Shown piece after piece: positions 1 through 8,463 of a stretch of DNA of 26,188 nt. Position numbers and translations under genes: made by a program. Under the pieces are notes generated by a model. That model was not told the DNA's origin. It saw nothing but the letters and a program-made list of their open reading frames with translations, and did not search any database. Each line of letters begins with the position of its first letter. Within the stretch, counting starts at the first letter, position 1. Origin of the DNA: an uncultured virus (IMG/VR IMGVR_UViG_2049941000_000092) (taxonomy: Duplodnaviria; Heunggongvirae; Uroviricota; Caudoviricetes); IMG/VR virus record IMGVR_UViG_2049941000_000092. One strand, 5' to 3'.

Positions 1-261
1 TTCAACCGTCTGATTACTGTATAGTTCTTCGGCATAAAGATAATAACCTCCGTTTAATATACAATAAGAAAATCCATTTTTCTTTAGAATTTCTGGAGTA
101 AGAAGAATCGGCTCAACTGACGAACATAATACTAAATTTCCATTGATTTCGGCTTCAATAGCACCACTTGATAATAGAGCTGTAACCTTACCGTAGTGTG
201 ACGCTTTTCCGTTATGTTGGATGTACACCCAATCATCAATCATTAACTCTTTAGATTTCAT
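1..261 (-). CDS. Hypothetical phage protein, runs off window edge (MKSKELMIDDWVY...VEPILLTPEILKKNGF)
   Basis: Manual translation from ATG 261, open to position 1; motif pattern resembles common small Bacteroidota-phage ORFs (from recall). Confidence 0.7.
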   Translation of the reverse strand, partial: MKSKELMIDDWVYIQHNGKASHYGKVTALLSSGAIEAEINGNLVLCSSVEPILLTPEILKKNGFSYCILNGGYYLYAEELYSNQTVE

Positions 262-263
262 AG

Positions 264-401
264 TTAACCTTGTTTCTTGTATTTATCTTTAAGGACGATA
301 TCTTTACACCATCCATAATTAGCAGACGTTCTACGGTTCCAATGTTCACAGAAATGTCCTTTGTAACTTGACAATCTGCACATTTTACAGCACTGATACA
401 T
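264..401 (-). CDS. Small Cys-rich hypothetical protein (45 aa, MYQCCKMCRLS...)
   Basis: Manual translation; tightly packed between neighbours, ends TAA. Confidence 0.55.
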   Translation of the reverse strand: MYQCCKMCRLSSYKGHFCEHWNRRTSANYGWCKDIVLKDKYKKQG

Positions 402-910
402 TATGGTTTATAATATTTATGCAATACGTCTTTTGAATAAAAAGTTACTACTTCGCCAACTTTGCCGTCATTCGTTTCAAGATGAANNNNNNNNNNNNNN
501 NNNNNNNNNNNNNNNNNNNNNNNNNNNNNNNNNNNNNNNNNNNNNNNNNNNNNNNNNNNNNNNNNNNNNNNNNNNNNNNNNNNNNNNNNNNNNNNNNNNN
601 NNNNNNNNNNNNNNNNNNNNNNNNNNNNNNNNNNNNNNNNNNNNNNNNNNNNNNNNNNNNNNNNNNNNNNNNNNNNNNNNNNNNNNNNNNNNNNNNNNNN
701 NNNNNNNNNNNNNNNNNNNNNNNNNNNNNNNNNNNNNNNNNNNNNNNNNNNNNNNNNNNNNNNNNNNNNNNNNNNNNNNNNNNNNNNNNNNNNNNNNNNN
801 NNNNNNNNNNNNNNNNNNNNNNNNNNNNNNNNNNNNNNNNNNNNNNNNNNNNNNNNNNNNNNNNNNNNNNNNNNNNNNNNNNNNNNNNNNNNNNNNNNNN
901 NNNNNNNNNN

Positions 911-1104
911 TTAATACCTTCAAAGCAAGTATCAGTTAATGATTTTAAGTTTGTTATTTCTTCCCAGTCTTTTTTAAATCTTTCGGCGGATTCTTTAGAT
1001 GGGAATATTTCTGTATATGTTCCACGCCAGTCTTTATGACCATATTCGTCATCAACACTATAAAATGTAATTGAATATACCCATACTTTTTTAATTGTTG
1101 TCAT
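911..1104 (-). CDS. Hypothetical protein, truncated by gap (MTTIKKVWVY...)
   Basis: Part of ORF 448..1140; start overlaps the end of the upstream gene. Confidence 0.55.
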
Positions 1105-1515
1105 GATCAATTCGTTTATACATTCCTTCTGGTAGTTCAAGAGCCAGACCGTTTTTGATGAAGTTGTTGTCGTCGAGATGATGCGAATAGATGAAGTTCA
1201 GGTATTCGCGGAACCGTTCTTTGTTGATGCAAGTAATTGTGGTTCCGTCGTAGTCATTATGGGACCATTTTTAGTGCCCGTTTGTCANNNNNNNNNNTAT
1301 TCTTCTTCAGTCATGGAAGACATTGGACGGAGATATGGCTTGACATCATCAATGCCGAATACAGGACCAACGTCTTTCAGAAAAATCAACGCTATTGTCC
1401 CGATGTTTATTGATGATATGGTACTAATATATTTGTCCGCCGCATTAACTTTCACCCCATAAGGAAACCTTGCACAAAGGTNNNNNNNNNNTAGTTCTTT
1501 ATTTTCTTGTGTCAT
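1091..1515 (-). CDS. Hypothetical phage protein (LCARFPYGV...KPYLRPMSSMTEEE...HHLDDNNFIKNGLALE), gapped
   Basis: ORF track plus manual translation after the gap; one apparent 1-nt homopolymer frameshift near 1270; paralog of 1499..1797. Confidence 0.6.
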
Positions 1516-1797
1516 AAGGATCGTTTTTTAAAGTTACACGAATTGCAAGACCCTGTTCGATTAGATGCCTCCAATCGATATGTTTCGAGAGAACAAATTC
1601 CATATAACCCTCGATATCATGTCTAAACTCTAGATATTCGAGTGTATTTATTTCATCATCTTCAAGCAAGTCCATTTGCTGGANNNNNNNNNNGGCATAT
1701 CATCTTCGGTTGTTTTTCCCTTCCAATGATATGCCACTCCATAAGGAACTCTACTGCATAGGTCTTTATAAACTAGTTCTGTTTGTTCGTATGTCAT
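1499..1797 (-). CDS. Hypothetical phage protein, tandem paralog of 1091..1515 (DLCSRVPYGV...KHIDWRHLIEQGLAI)
   Basis: Manual translation across a 10-N gap; shared N- and C-terminal motifs. Confidence 0.6.
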
Positions 1798-1970
1798 AAT
1801 CTTTTTAATTTATACTCACAATCAAGCCAATCTGCTCTTGCTTCTCTTTTAGCAAAATATTTAGCTTTCTTAGCTCTTTTATGTGATTTGTAAATTCCTA
1901 TACACTGATCATTCTCATAAAGTCCCCAATTATGAGGTTTGTATTGTTCTCTCTTATCTTCTTTAGTCAT
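1794..1970 (-). CDS. Small hypothetical protein (58 aa, MTKEDKREQYKPHNWGLY...)
   Basis: Manual translation; ends in TGA overlapping the next ATG (ATGA). Confidence 0.55.
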   Translation of the reverse strand: MTKEDKREQYKPHNWGLYENDQCIGIYKSHKRAKKAKYFAKREARADWLDCEYKLKRL

Positions 1971-2104
1971 TCCAGGATATTGTTATAAGTAGAGGTGAAA
2001 TCTTACTTTTAGTAACAGTAAAACCCTCCGACTCAAAGAAATTAACTATTTTGGAAACACCTTCTGTTATAACGNNNNNNNNNNGCTAACATAATATTGA
2101 ATTA

Positions 2105-2299
2105 TTAATCTAGTTCTAGGTAAATTCAAGCGAGATGTTTCTGTTCTCCGTCATCCACGATTATTTCTTCAACAGCCACATCGTCATAACCGTCTCTTAT
2201 TCAATCCCTTGCAAGGTTAACGGCAGTCTCTATACTTTCTATGAGATAATCGTTTATTTCTTGATCACCAACTCACACAGAATACGCTACATAGTACAT
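2105..2299 (-). CDS. 64-aa phage protein needing TGA->Trp: MYYVAYSVWVGDQEINDYLIESIETAVNLARDWIRDGYDDVAVEEIIVDDGEQKHLAWIYLELD
   Basis: Starts 2 nt after the upstream TAA with AAGGAG at 2310-2305; in-frame TGA at 2275-2273, 2203-2201, 2128-2126; ends TAA; fills an otherwise empty gene slot. Confidence 0.8.
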
Positions 2300-2301
2300 T
2301 T

Positions 2302-2819
2302 TTACTCCTTATTAATACATTTTATAATATAATCAATAAGTGCCTTAGTACCTCCTACGATAAGTCTGTAGATTAAATACATAATTCCACATGGAACTTC
2401 AAGAGGCCATAGAATTATAAGAAGAAAGTNNNNNNNNNNAAATCATCAAGACATGTTATGACATCAATTCCAGTTTTATACTTTGCATACGCATACTTTT
2501 CAGCAGCTTCAGCATCACTAGTATCTCCTCTATTTTCAAGAAATGAATACATAGCTCTGTACGCACNNNNNNNNNNNNNNNNNNNNNNNNNNNNNNNNNN
2601 NNNNNNNNNNNNNNNNNNNNNNNNNNNNNNNNNNNNNNNNNNNNNNNNNNNNNNNNNNNNNNNNNNNNNNNNNNNNNNNNNNNNNNNNNNNNNNNNNNNN
2701 NNNNNNNNNNNNNNNNNNNNNNNNNNNNNNNNNNNCGCAATACATTGATACGTATAGAATGATATTGCACCAATGAAAATATACGCTAAAATACTGAGAA
2801 AAATCCAAAGAAAAAGCAT
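2302..2819 (-). CDS. Membrane protein(s), gap-interrupted; may be more than one gene
   Basis: Hydrophobic N-terminus MLFLWIFLSILAYIFIGAISF and C-terminal LLIILWPLEVPCGIMYLIY...INKE*. Confidence 0.45.
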
Positions 2820-2928
2820 ATGTTTAAAATTTAATATAAAATAATCCCACTGCGACAAATGCAGCAAATAAAAAAATGAATAGAAGCACAAACTTCAGTG
2901 TTTCATCTCTGTCGTTTTGTTCCATAAT

Positions 2929-2963
2929 AAAAAAAATAAGCCCCTACATTTTCATGTAGGGGC
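2929..2963 (-). terminator. Rho-independent terminator downstream of tRNA(UCA)
   Basis: Perfect 10-bp stem GCCCCTACAT-GAAA-ATGTAGGGGC followed by TTATTTTTTT. Confidence 0.85.
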
Positions 2964-2976
2964 AATAATTGTTTAG

Positions 2977-3047
2977 CCGGATTGCAAGGACTCGAACCCT
3001 GACAGGCGGTTTTGAAGACCGCTAGCCTACCATTAACTGACAATCCG
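2977..3047 (-). tRNA. Opal-suppressor tRNA, anticodon UCA (Trp-like)
   Basis: Cloverleaf: acceptor CGGATTG/CAATCCG, discriminator G, anticodon arm GCGGT-CTTCAAA-ACCGC, T arm CAGGG-TTCGAGT-CCTTG; short variable loop, so not tRNA-Sec. Confidence 0.9.
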
Positions 3048-3104
3048 AAACATATCTGACTATAAATACATCATAAACATTATTCCCCAAATCGTATATT
3101 TATA

Positions 3105-3135
3105 CAAATATACAAAAAATACATCAGATTTCAAA
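3105..3135 (-). promoter_or_regulatory. Bacteroidota housekeeping-sigma promoter upstream of tRNA(UCA)
   Basis: TTTG (3135-3132), 19-nt spacer, TATATTTG (3112-3105); matches the -33 TTTG / -7 TAnnTTTG consensus. Confidence 0.7.
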
Positions 3136-3136
3136 A

Positions 3137-3718
3137 TTATCCCTCCGAATATTGACTCAAATATGACTCAATATTTCTATCTATCTTCTCCTTTACTTCT
3201 TTCCAAGATACTGGTGTATAATCATTGTTATCTACGCCAACATCATACTGTGTGGGAAAGGTATAAACTAATCTCTTAATGTCTGATCCACTAGATACAG
3301 GACCTGAATGAACGTGCCCGTATAACTGAATGGAATAATCTTTGTGTGTAGGATTTTGATGTGCAAAACACAAATAAGGAAAATGGTTAAGATAGACAGT
3401 TTGTCCATCAACCAAAATTCTTGCTTGCGATACACAATCGTCAAATAACTGTTTCGAACCGGCAGTTAAGTTCTTCCAATCATGGTTTCCTATAACAAGA
3501 ATAATATGCCCATTTAATTGATCTCTGATCTCTTTCCAGAATGGAAATCCACCAAAACCAAAATNNNNNNNNNNAACACTGTTCCAATTTTCGATTAAAG
3601 CCGCATCGTGTTCTTCTATAGAAGAATACGGGCGGTGGCAAAACTCCAAAATATGTCGATGTCCGAAATGTGTGTCAGATGTAAAAAATAACCTATCTCC
3701 GCTATACTTTGTTATCAT
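3137..3718 (-). CDS. Calcineurin-like metallophosphoesterase
   Basis: FTSDTHFGH, GNHD, LNHFP and LYGHVH motifs; likely start MITKY at 3718. Confidence 0.9.
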   Translation of the reverse strand: MITKYSGDRLFFTSDTHFGHRHILEFCHRPYSSIEEHDAALIENWNSVXXXXFGFGGFPFWKEIRDQLNGHIILVIGNHDWKNLTAGSKQLFDDCVSQARILVDGQTVYLNHFPYLCFAHQNPTHKDYSIQLYGHVHSGPVSSGSDIKRLVYTFPTQYDVGVDNNDYTPVSWKEVKEKIDRNIESYLSQYSEG

Positions 3719-3719
3719 A

Positions 3720-4016
3720 CTACAATTCTGCGGGCTCATTACAATAAAGTACTTTATCGCCCTNNNNNNNNNNTTCAATAGATTCTACTACCAATGGTCG
3801 TGGTAGACGAAATTTGTAATCAAACTGGCCGTGGTTATAGAGAATTGTTATACATCTTCTACTGATGTCAAAGACCCAGCCTTTATAAACCACGCCATCA
3901 TCTCTAACCCAAACGTCGTCAAAAATATCTAAATCTTTGATGGTTCTTGGGCTCTTCTTAGTTTCAACTTGCAGGTTACTTGTTAGTAACTTGCGTATAC
4001 ACTTTGTCCACCACAT
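3720..4016 (-). CDS. Hypothetical protein
   Basis: ORF track; abuts the phosphoesterase start. Confidence 0.55.
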   Translation of the reverse strand: MWWTKCIRKLLTSNLQVETKKSPRTIKDLDIFDDVWVRDDGVVYKGWVFDISRRCITILYNHGQFDYKFRLPRPLVVESIEXXXXGDKVLYCNEPAEL

Positions 4017-4183
4017 TAATTATCTTACCTCCTAAATATAAACATAAGCAAACTACTAATGTCAANNNNNNNNNNNNNNNNNNNNNNNNNNNNNNNNNNN
4101 NNNNNNNNNNNNNNNNNNNNNNNNNNNNNNNNNNNNNNNNNNNNNNNNNNNNNNNNNNNNNNNNNNNNNNNNNNNNNNNNNNN

Positions 4184-4222
4184 ATTAACAGTCCACTGCT
4201 CTATCCCTTGAGCTACACACCC
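4184..4222 (-). tRNA. tRNA-Asn(GUU), 3' half lost in gap
   Basis: GGGTGTG-TA-GCTCAAGGGATAGAGC-A-GTGGA-CTGTTAA-T then Ns. Confidence 0.75.
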
Positions 4223-4240
4223 GTTATAGATTAATACTTT

Positions 4241-4315
4241 TGGTTGAACTACCAGACTCGAACTGGTGTAAACTAGAGCCACAATCTAGTGCATAACCAC
4301 TCTGCCAAGTCCAAC
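4241..4315 (-). tRNA. tRNA-His(GUG)
   Basis: G-1:C73, anticodon arm CTAGA-TTGTGGC-TCTAG, T loop TTCGAGT. Confidence 0.9.
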
Positions 4316-4318
4316 ATA

Positions 4319-4612
4319 AACCAGACTACCATGCCGTCTGGTTAGGCACCTGATTACAGTGTTACAGGATAAGAACTACTCATTTCTTATATGCTACTTA
4401 TACGTTTTTAGTCATAAGACTGGGTGTAGCTTACGTTATCCGTACTATTCGCGAATTATACCCTAAAAGTTCCTCAGTTTTTTAATGGTTGAGAATTAGA
4501 ACCATACCAGTCTCTGCCACTGGATTGAAAGTCATTCTATTATTGACTTACAGAAATACGCAGACAGGTTCCATCCATTTATAGTGTTAGTCCTGTCCAA
4601 CCCGACACTAAG
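4319..4612 (-). ncRNA. Candidate structured ncRNA with several hairpins and pseudoknots
   Basis: No substantial ORF; many complementary segments (see findings). Confidence 0.5.
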
Positions 4613-4746
4613 AATATTACTATNNNNNNNNNNTATGGAAAATTTCTACCGCGACAATACTTTGCAAATATAGCATCTTTTTTGGACATGTCCAAATTGA
4701 CAACTTCATATCCAAAGCGATTGTCATAGATAACTTNNNNNNNNNN

Positions 4747-4939
4747 CAACATCTGGATCGGAATTACTTTCGAGCAACTCTCTAGCTTTTTGTTGCTTTT
4801 TTCAATTCTCCCGATGACTCTTTTTATCCAAATGTTTCTGCTCTTTTACCTGTTTCTTTTTGCGGTGGATTTTTTGAGTAACCCTAAAATCGGAATCATC
4901 GCTAAAATGTTCCAATTCATAATCTGGAACTTTAGGCAT
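4747..4939 (-). CDS. Basic hypothetical protein with one in-frame TGA (MPKVPDYELEHF...SHREN[TGA]KKQQKARELLESNSDPDV, then gap)
   Basis: Frame stays open with similar composition for 18 codons after the TGA at 4804-4802. Confidence 0.55.
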
Positions 4940-5026
4940 AGAAATCAATTTCTTTCATTGTGTTACACTTTAAAATTCATCATCTTCGTGTACCTTGTAG
5001 TACTTCTACCGCGTAGAAGGAATAAT

Positions 5027-5050
5027 AGTCCACCACCGAAGTGGTGGACT
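5027..5050 (-). terminator. Perfect 10-bp cUUCGg hairpin downstream of amidoligase (terminator or stabiliser)
   Basis: AGTCCACCAC-TTCG-GTGGTGGACT; no clear U-tract. Confidence 0.5.
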
Positions 5051-5092
5051 TATCATATATTATCCTTTTCCCATCAACAGTTAAGAAGATTC

Positions 5093-6190
5093 CTAGATTA
5101 TCTTGTTCGGATCGAAAATCTCATCATCGATATCGGTTCTCATACCAATATAATCACAAATGCTATCTTGTTCTGCGACACACACTTCTAACTTGTAAAG
5201 TTGTGTTTCAAGTATATCATAAAGATCTGCCGGATATACAGCTTTAAGTATCTGAAAGATGTTTAATCTTTCATTACCCGAAACATCGTGTGTTTCAGCA
5301 TAGACAAGAATTGCATTAAATACATACATCCAAGTTAGAATCTTTTCAAGATTATAAGAAGGACGTAGTAAGCGAAATTCTACGGTCTTATTGACTCGAT
5401 AACAGATAAGATTTAGTAGATTCACCCAATAATAACGCTGGGGAATATTCCATTTGCGAGCCCGATCAATATCCAATGGATGAGGTTGCTGTAAGCTACC
5501 AAAGAACCGAAGTCCGGTAAAACCTGCATAGAAATCCTCAAAGCGAGTATATGGACTGCCGAGAGCATTACAATAGTCTTTTCCCGAACTCTTATACTGC
5601 GATGTTCTGAAAGTATATTTCGGAACAAGTGCAGCAATGGAACGTTGTACTATACAACAAAGATTAAAAAGCGATAAAATTCGCTTAGGCTCTAATGGAA
5701 AACCGCCGAAATGAATATGAAGTGAACATTCTTTATCAAAACGAGTATATTTACGAAGTGTTTCCAATTGTTGGTAAAGCAGGTTAAAACCTTTATGCCC
5801 CTGTAAAACTACAGTGGAATATTCATTACCGCTAATGGAGCCATCTCGTAGAGGAATCAACCCATCCGCGAAACATATTTCCTCTGGAATGATTCCATTG
5901 GAAGTTTCAAATTCCAAACCGAAACTGTACTTGATAAAATTCTCAATAGGGAATTCAAAATCATAACGTACTTTCTGTCGATCTTTGAATGTTTCCAGAT
6001 TGTTTACNNNNNNNNNNGGTACGCTGAACATTTGTGGCGAGCCGTGCCATAAAAATGTGCACACCTTTACTGGCGTAGTAGTATAACCAAAAATAAAACA
6101 GTCATCAATTTTGTTGACAACAACACTGTGTGCATCACTTACATATATACGTTCACCAGTTACGCAATCGATTGTAGATATACTTGCCAT
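5093..6190 (-). CDS. Putative amidoligase (glutamine-synthetase-like COOH-NH2 ligase), copy 1
   Basis: FGLEFE, DGSI..EY, CSLHIH, RYYWVNL and KTVEFR motifs. Confidence 0.85.
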   Translation of the reverse strand: MASISTIDCVTGERIYVSDAHSVVVNKIDDCFIFGYTTTPVKVCTFLWHGSPQMFSVXXXXVNNLETFKDRQKVRYDFEFPIENFIKYSFGLEFETSNGIIPEEICFADGLIPLRDGSISGNEYSTVVLQGHKGFNLLYQQLETLRKYTRFDKECSLHIHFGGFPLEPKRILSLFNLCCIVQRSIAALVPKYTFRTSQYKSSGKDYCNALGSPYTRFEDFYAGFTGLRFFGSLQQPHPLDIDRARKWNIPQRYYWVNLLNLICYRVNKTVEFRLLRPSYNLEKILTWMYVFNAILVYAETHDVSGNERLNIFQILKAVYPADLYDILETQLYKLEVCVAEQDSICDYIGMRTDIDDEIFDPNKII

Positions 6191-7662
6191 AATGCGTCAT
6201 AATCAGTATTATCTTCGACATTAAATAATGCATCAAACTGTTTACTGGCATCGCCTCCAATAACTCCAGTTTTTCTTCTCACGAATTGTCCATTAGCATA
6301 GATATCAATGCTTGCTTGGAATAAAACCTGTCGATCGCCAGTGAAATTCTCCCATTTGAAAGGTTCTATGGCGTGTAACAAGTGATTATCTTCGAAATAA
6401 ACTGGATCTGCACTCAAATACCGAATGAAATTTTCGTTTTTGGAGAAGAATGGTTCCCAAGAATTAGGACTCTCCGTAAACATTCTTGTTACAAAGTCCC
6501 ACGCATTCTTACTTTTCATTGGAATACCATGATAGAACCAAACTTCCCTAATGGTAACATACTCGGAATTTTTCTCCTTAGGATCAGTAACGACCCTACC
6601 ATAGCCGGTCATACGATAGCCACCGCTCATCGGCCTGGCGTTGTATTCGAAAATATTCTTTCCAGGAAGATGTCTAACATATGCACTTCCCTGAGTATAA
6701 CCAGTTCCTACACTCTGATTAGGGGTTGCAACTTCATCGTCATCCCAGTAACGATTTTCAGATGGAACACCATAGTTATAGCCATAACCATAACTGGTAA
6801 CTGCACATCTTGCCTGAGTTGCCTTAGATCTATCGATTTCCTTTATCATATAGAGCTTGGAATCACGATACTCAATGATTTCATTGGCGGGGAGAATGTA
6901 ATAACGTCCTCCGTCAAGAATTGGAATATAAGAATGAACGGAACTGAAAACCAGCCTTCCATTCTTATAATTCAAAAACAGCGGACGTTCTTCTTCAGCC
7001 GCAGCACTAGTACTGTATTTCTTACTTTCGCCTCGGTATAGGAAAACTCTTGGTCTTCCACTTCTATAATCGACTGCAACAAATGCTGCACCACCCTGAT
7101 ATTCCTTTAATACGTCATATCCGGTATGATACAGTATTTGTGCAAGANNNNNNNNNNNNNNNNNNNNNNNNNNNNNNNNNNNNNNNNNNNNNNNNNNNNN
7201 NNNNNNNNNNNNNNNNNNNNNNNNNNNNNNNNNNNNNNNNNNNNNNNNNNNNNNNNNNNNNNNNTGCGAATCGGACATTCCGAAAACGTTTGTGTTTGGA
7301 ATATATTTCTTCGCAAGTTCTTCATAATTATAAATTGTGCCGTTATGAATAAGTACGAACTTTGTTTCCTCATTCTCCTTGATTATAACGGGCTGCGCTT
7401 TTTCGAGGCTAACTCCACCAGAAGACGCTTTTCTGTCGTGTCCGATGGCAATCTTACACCGTTTCGTTTGACGCAGCAGCTTGCTGCCAGGATAAAATGC
7501 TTCGAACAGAGCCGTTTTTGTAATACCATATTCTACGTTTCCATCGATGAAAATTCCGCATGAATCTCCACCACGTTTGTCATTTGCAACACCTAATACA
7601 CAAAACGTTTTATAGTCAAACGGTGCGTATTCTGTATTAATTATACCCCAAATTCCACACAT
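6160..7662 (-). CDS. Class II (Ntn) glutamine amidotransferase with C-terminal extension, copy 1
   Basis: N-terminal MCGIWG, RGGDSCG, GHDRKAS, HNGTI, SDS. Confidence 0.9.
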   Translation of the reverse strand: MCGIWGIINTEYAPFDYKTFCVLGVANDKRGGDSCGIFIDGNVEYGITKTALFEAFYPGSKLLRQTKRCKIAIGHDRKASSGGVSLEKAQPVIIKENEETKFVLIHNGTIYNYEELAKKYIPNTNVFGMSDSXXXXXXXXXXXXXXXXXXXXXXXXXXXXXXXXXXXXXXXXLAQILYHTGYDVLKEYQGGAAFVAVDYRSGRPRVFLYRGESKKYSTSAAAEEERPLFLNYKNGRLVFSSVHSYIPILDGGRYYILPANEIIEYRDSKLYMIKEIDRSKATQARCAVTSYGYGYNYGVPSENRYWDDDEVATPNQSVGTGYTQGSAYVRHLPGKNIFEYNARPMSGGYRMTGYGRVVTDPKEKNSEYVTIREVWFYHGIPMKSKNAWDFVTRMFTESPNSWEPFFSKNENFIRYLSADPVYFEDNHLLHAIEPFKWENFTGDRQVLFQASIDIYANGQFVRRKTGVIGGDASKQFDALFNVEDNTDYDALWQVYLQSIA

Positions 7663-7665
7663 AAT

Positions 7666-8463
7666 TTACATTATCAGATATTTTTTGATGAGTGTCCTAG
7701 CCAGTTGCTCATCACTATTATTGATGGCCTTGACAACAAGACCAGAATCAGCAAGTGGAGCACCCGTGTTACACGCATCAATAGCGTTCATTAATTGATC
7801 CCAAACGAGACCCATCAATTCGTCATTGGCGTACATTGCTGAGGACAGACAACGGTACTCTAAGCCATATGGCGTCAGCCGGAATGCACCAGCTTTACCA
7901 TATAAGCTACGACGGCGTGTGTCTTTATCGTAGAGAATAGACGGCAGTCCAAGGAACATGTCCATATAACGAATCATTTTCAGAGACGTATCGACATTGT
8001 TGCGGGCATACCCGAGATGGATATGGAAACCGCTGGATCTACCATTTGTTTGTGTGCCCTTAGGCGCAGGATTTTCGGATTCCGTATAAACGTTATAATC
8101 CGGCATACAGCCGAACAATTTTGCCTGATCACTTTGCAGTTGATCAGCGTCAACGACTTCATATGCGGAACACTTAATTCCATAGTCTGGATTAATCTTC
8201 TTAACAAATGCATCAATGTACCGTTTCATGTAATTGATACTGTTAATGAAATCCAGTCGTGATCTCACCGGAGGAATATTGAACTCGGCGAGAATATTGT
8301 CGGTTTCCAACCCGAACCCGTCTGGCATGTCGTCAGCTACATAAGGATTTCCTTTTTCACCAGGAATAAGTCCTACAGAAGATACAACTTTGCCAGTTTT
8401 CGTATTGATGATAAAGAGTTCGGGATCGGAACCAACAGTGATGTTATCGACAAGTATTCTCAT
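7666..8463 (-). CDS. Phage phiEco32-like COOH-NH2 ligase type 2
   Basis: GSDPELF, DNILAEFNIPP, FGCMPDYN, GFHIHLG, RRSLYGKAGAFR, YGLEYR. Confidence 0.9.
   Translation of the reverse strand: MRILVDNITVGSDPELFIINTKTGKVVSSVGLIPGEKGNPYVADDMPDGFGLETDNILAEFNIPPVRSRLDFINSINYMKRYIDAFVKKINPDYGIKCSAYEVVDADQLQSDQAKLFGCMPDYNVYTESENPAPKGTQTNGRSSGFHIHLGYARNNVDTSLKMIRYMDMFLGLPSILYDKDTRRRSLYGKAGAFRLTPYGLEYRCLSSAMYANDELMGLVWDQLMNAIDACNTGAPLADSGLVVKAINNSDEQLARTLIKKYLIM

Noticed and set aside
1262..1287. In-frame TAA or programmed frameshift in gene 1091..1515
   Set aside because: One extra base in a homopolymer next to a contig end; probably a sequence error
2977..3047. tRNA-Sec interpretation of anticodon UCA
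   Set aside because: Short variable loop, 7-bp acceptor and 71-nt length do not fit selC
4790..7563. Plus-strand ORFs here and throughout the window, and N-filled ORFs
   Set aside because: Antisense shadows of well-supported minus-strand genes, or artefacts of N runs
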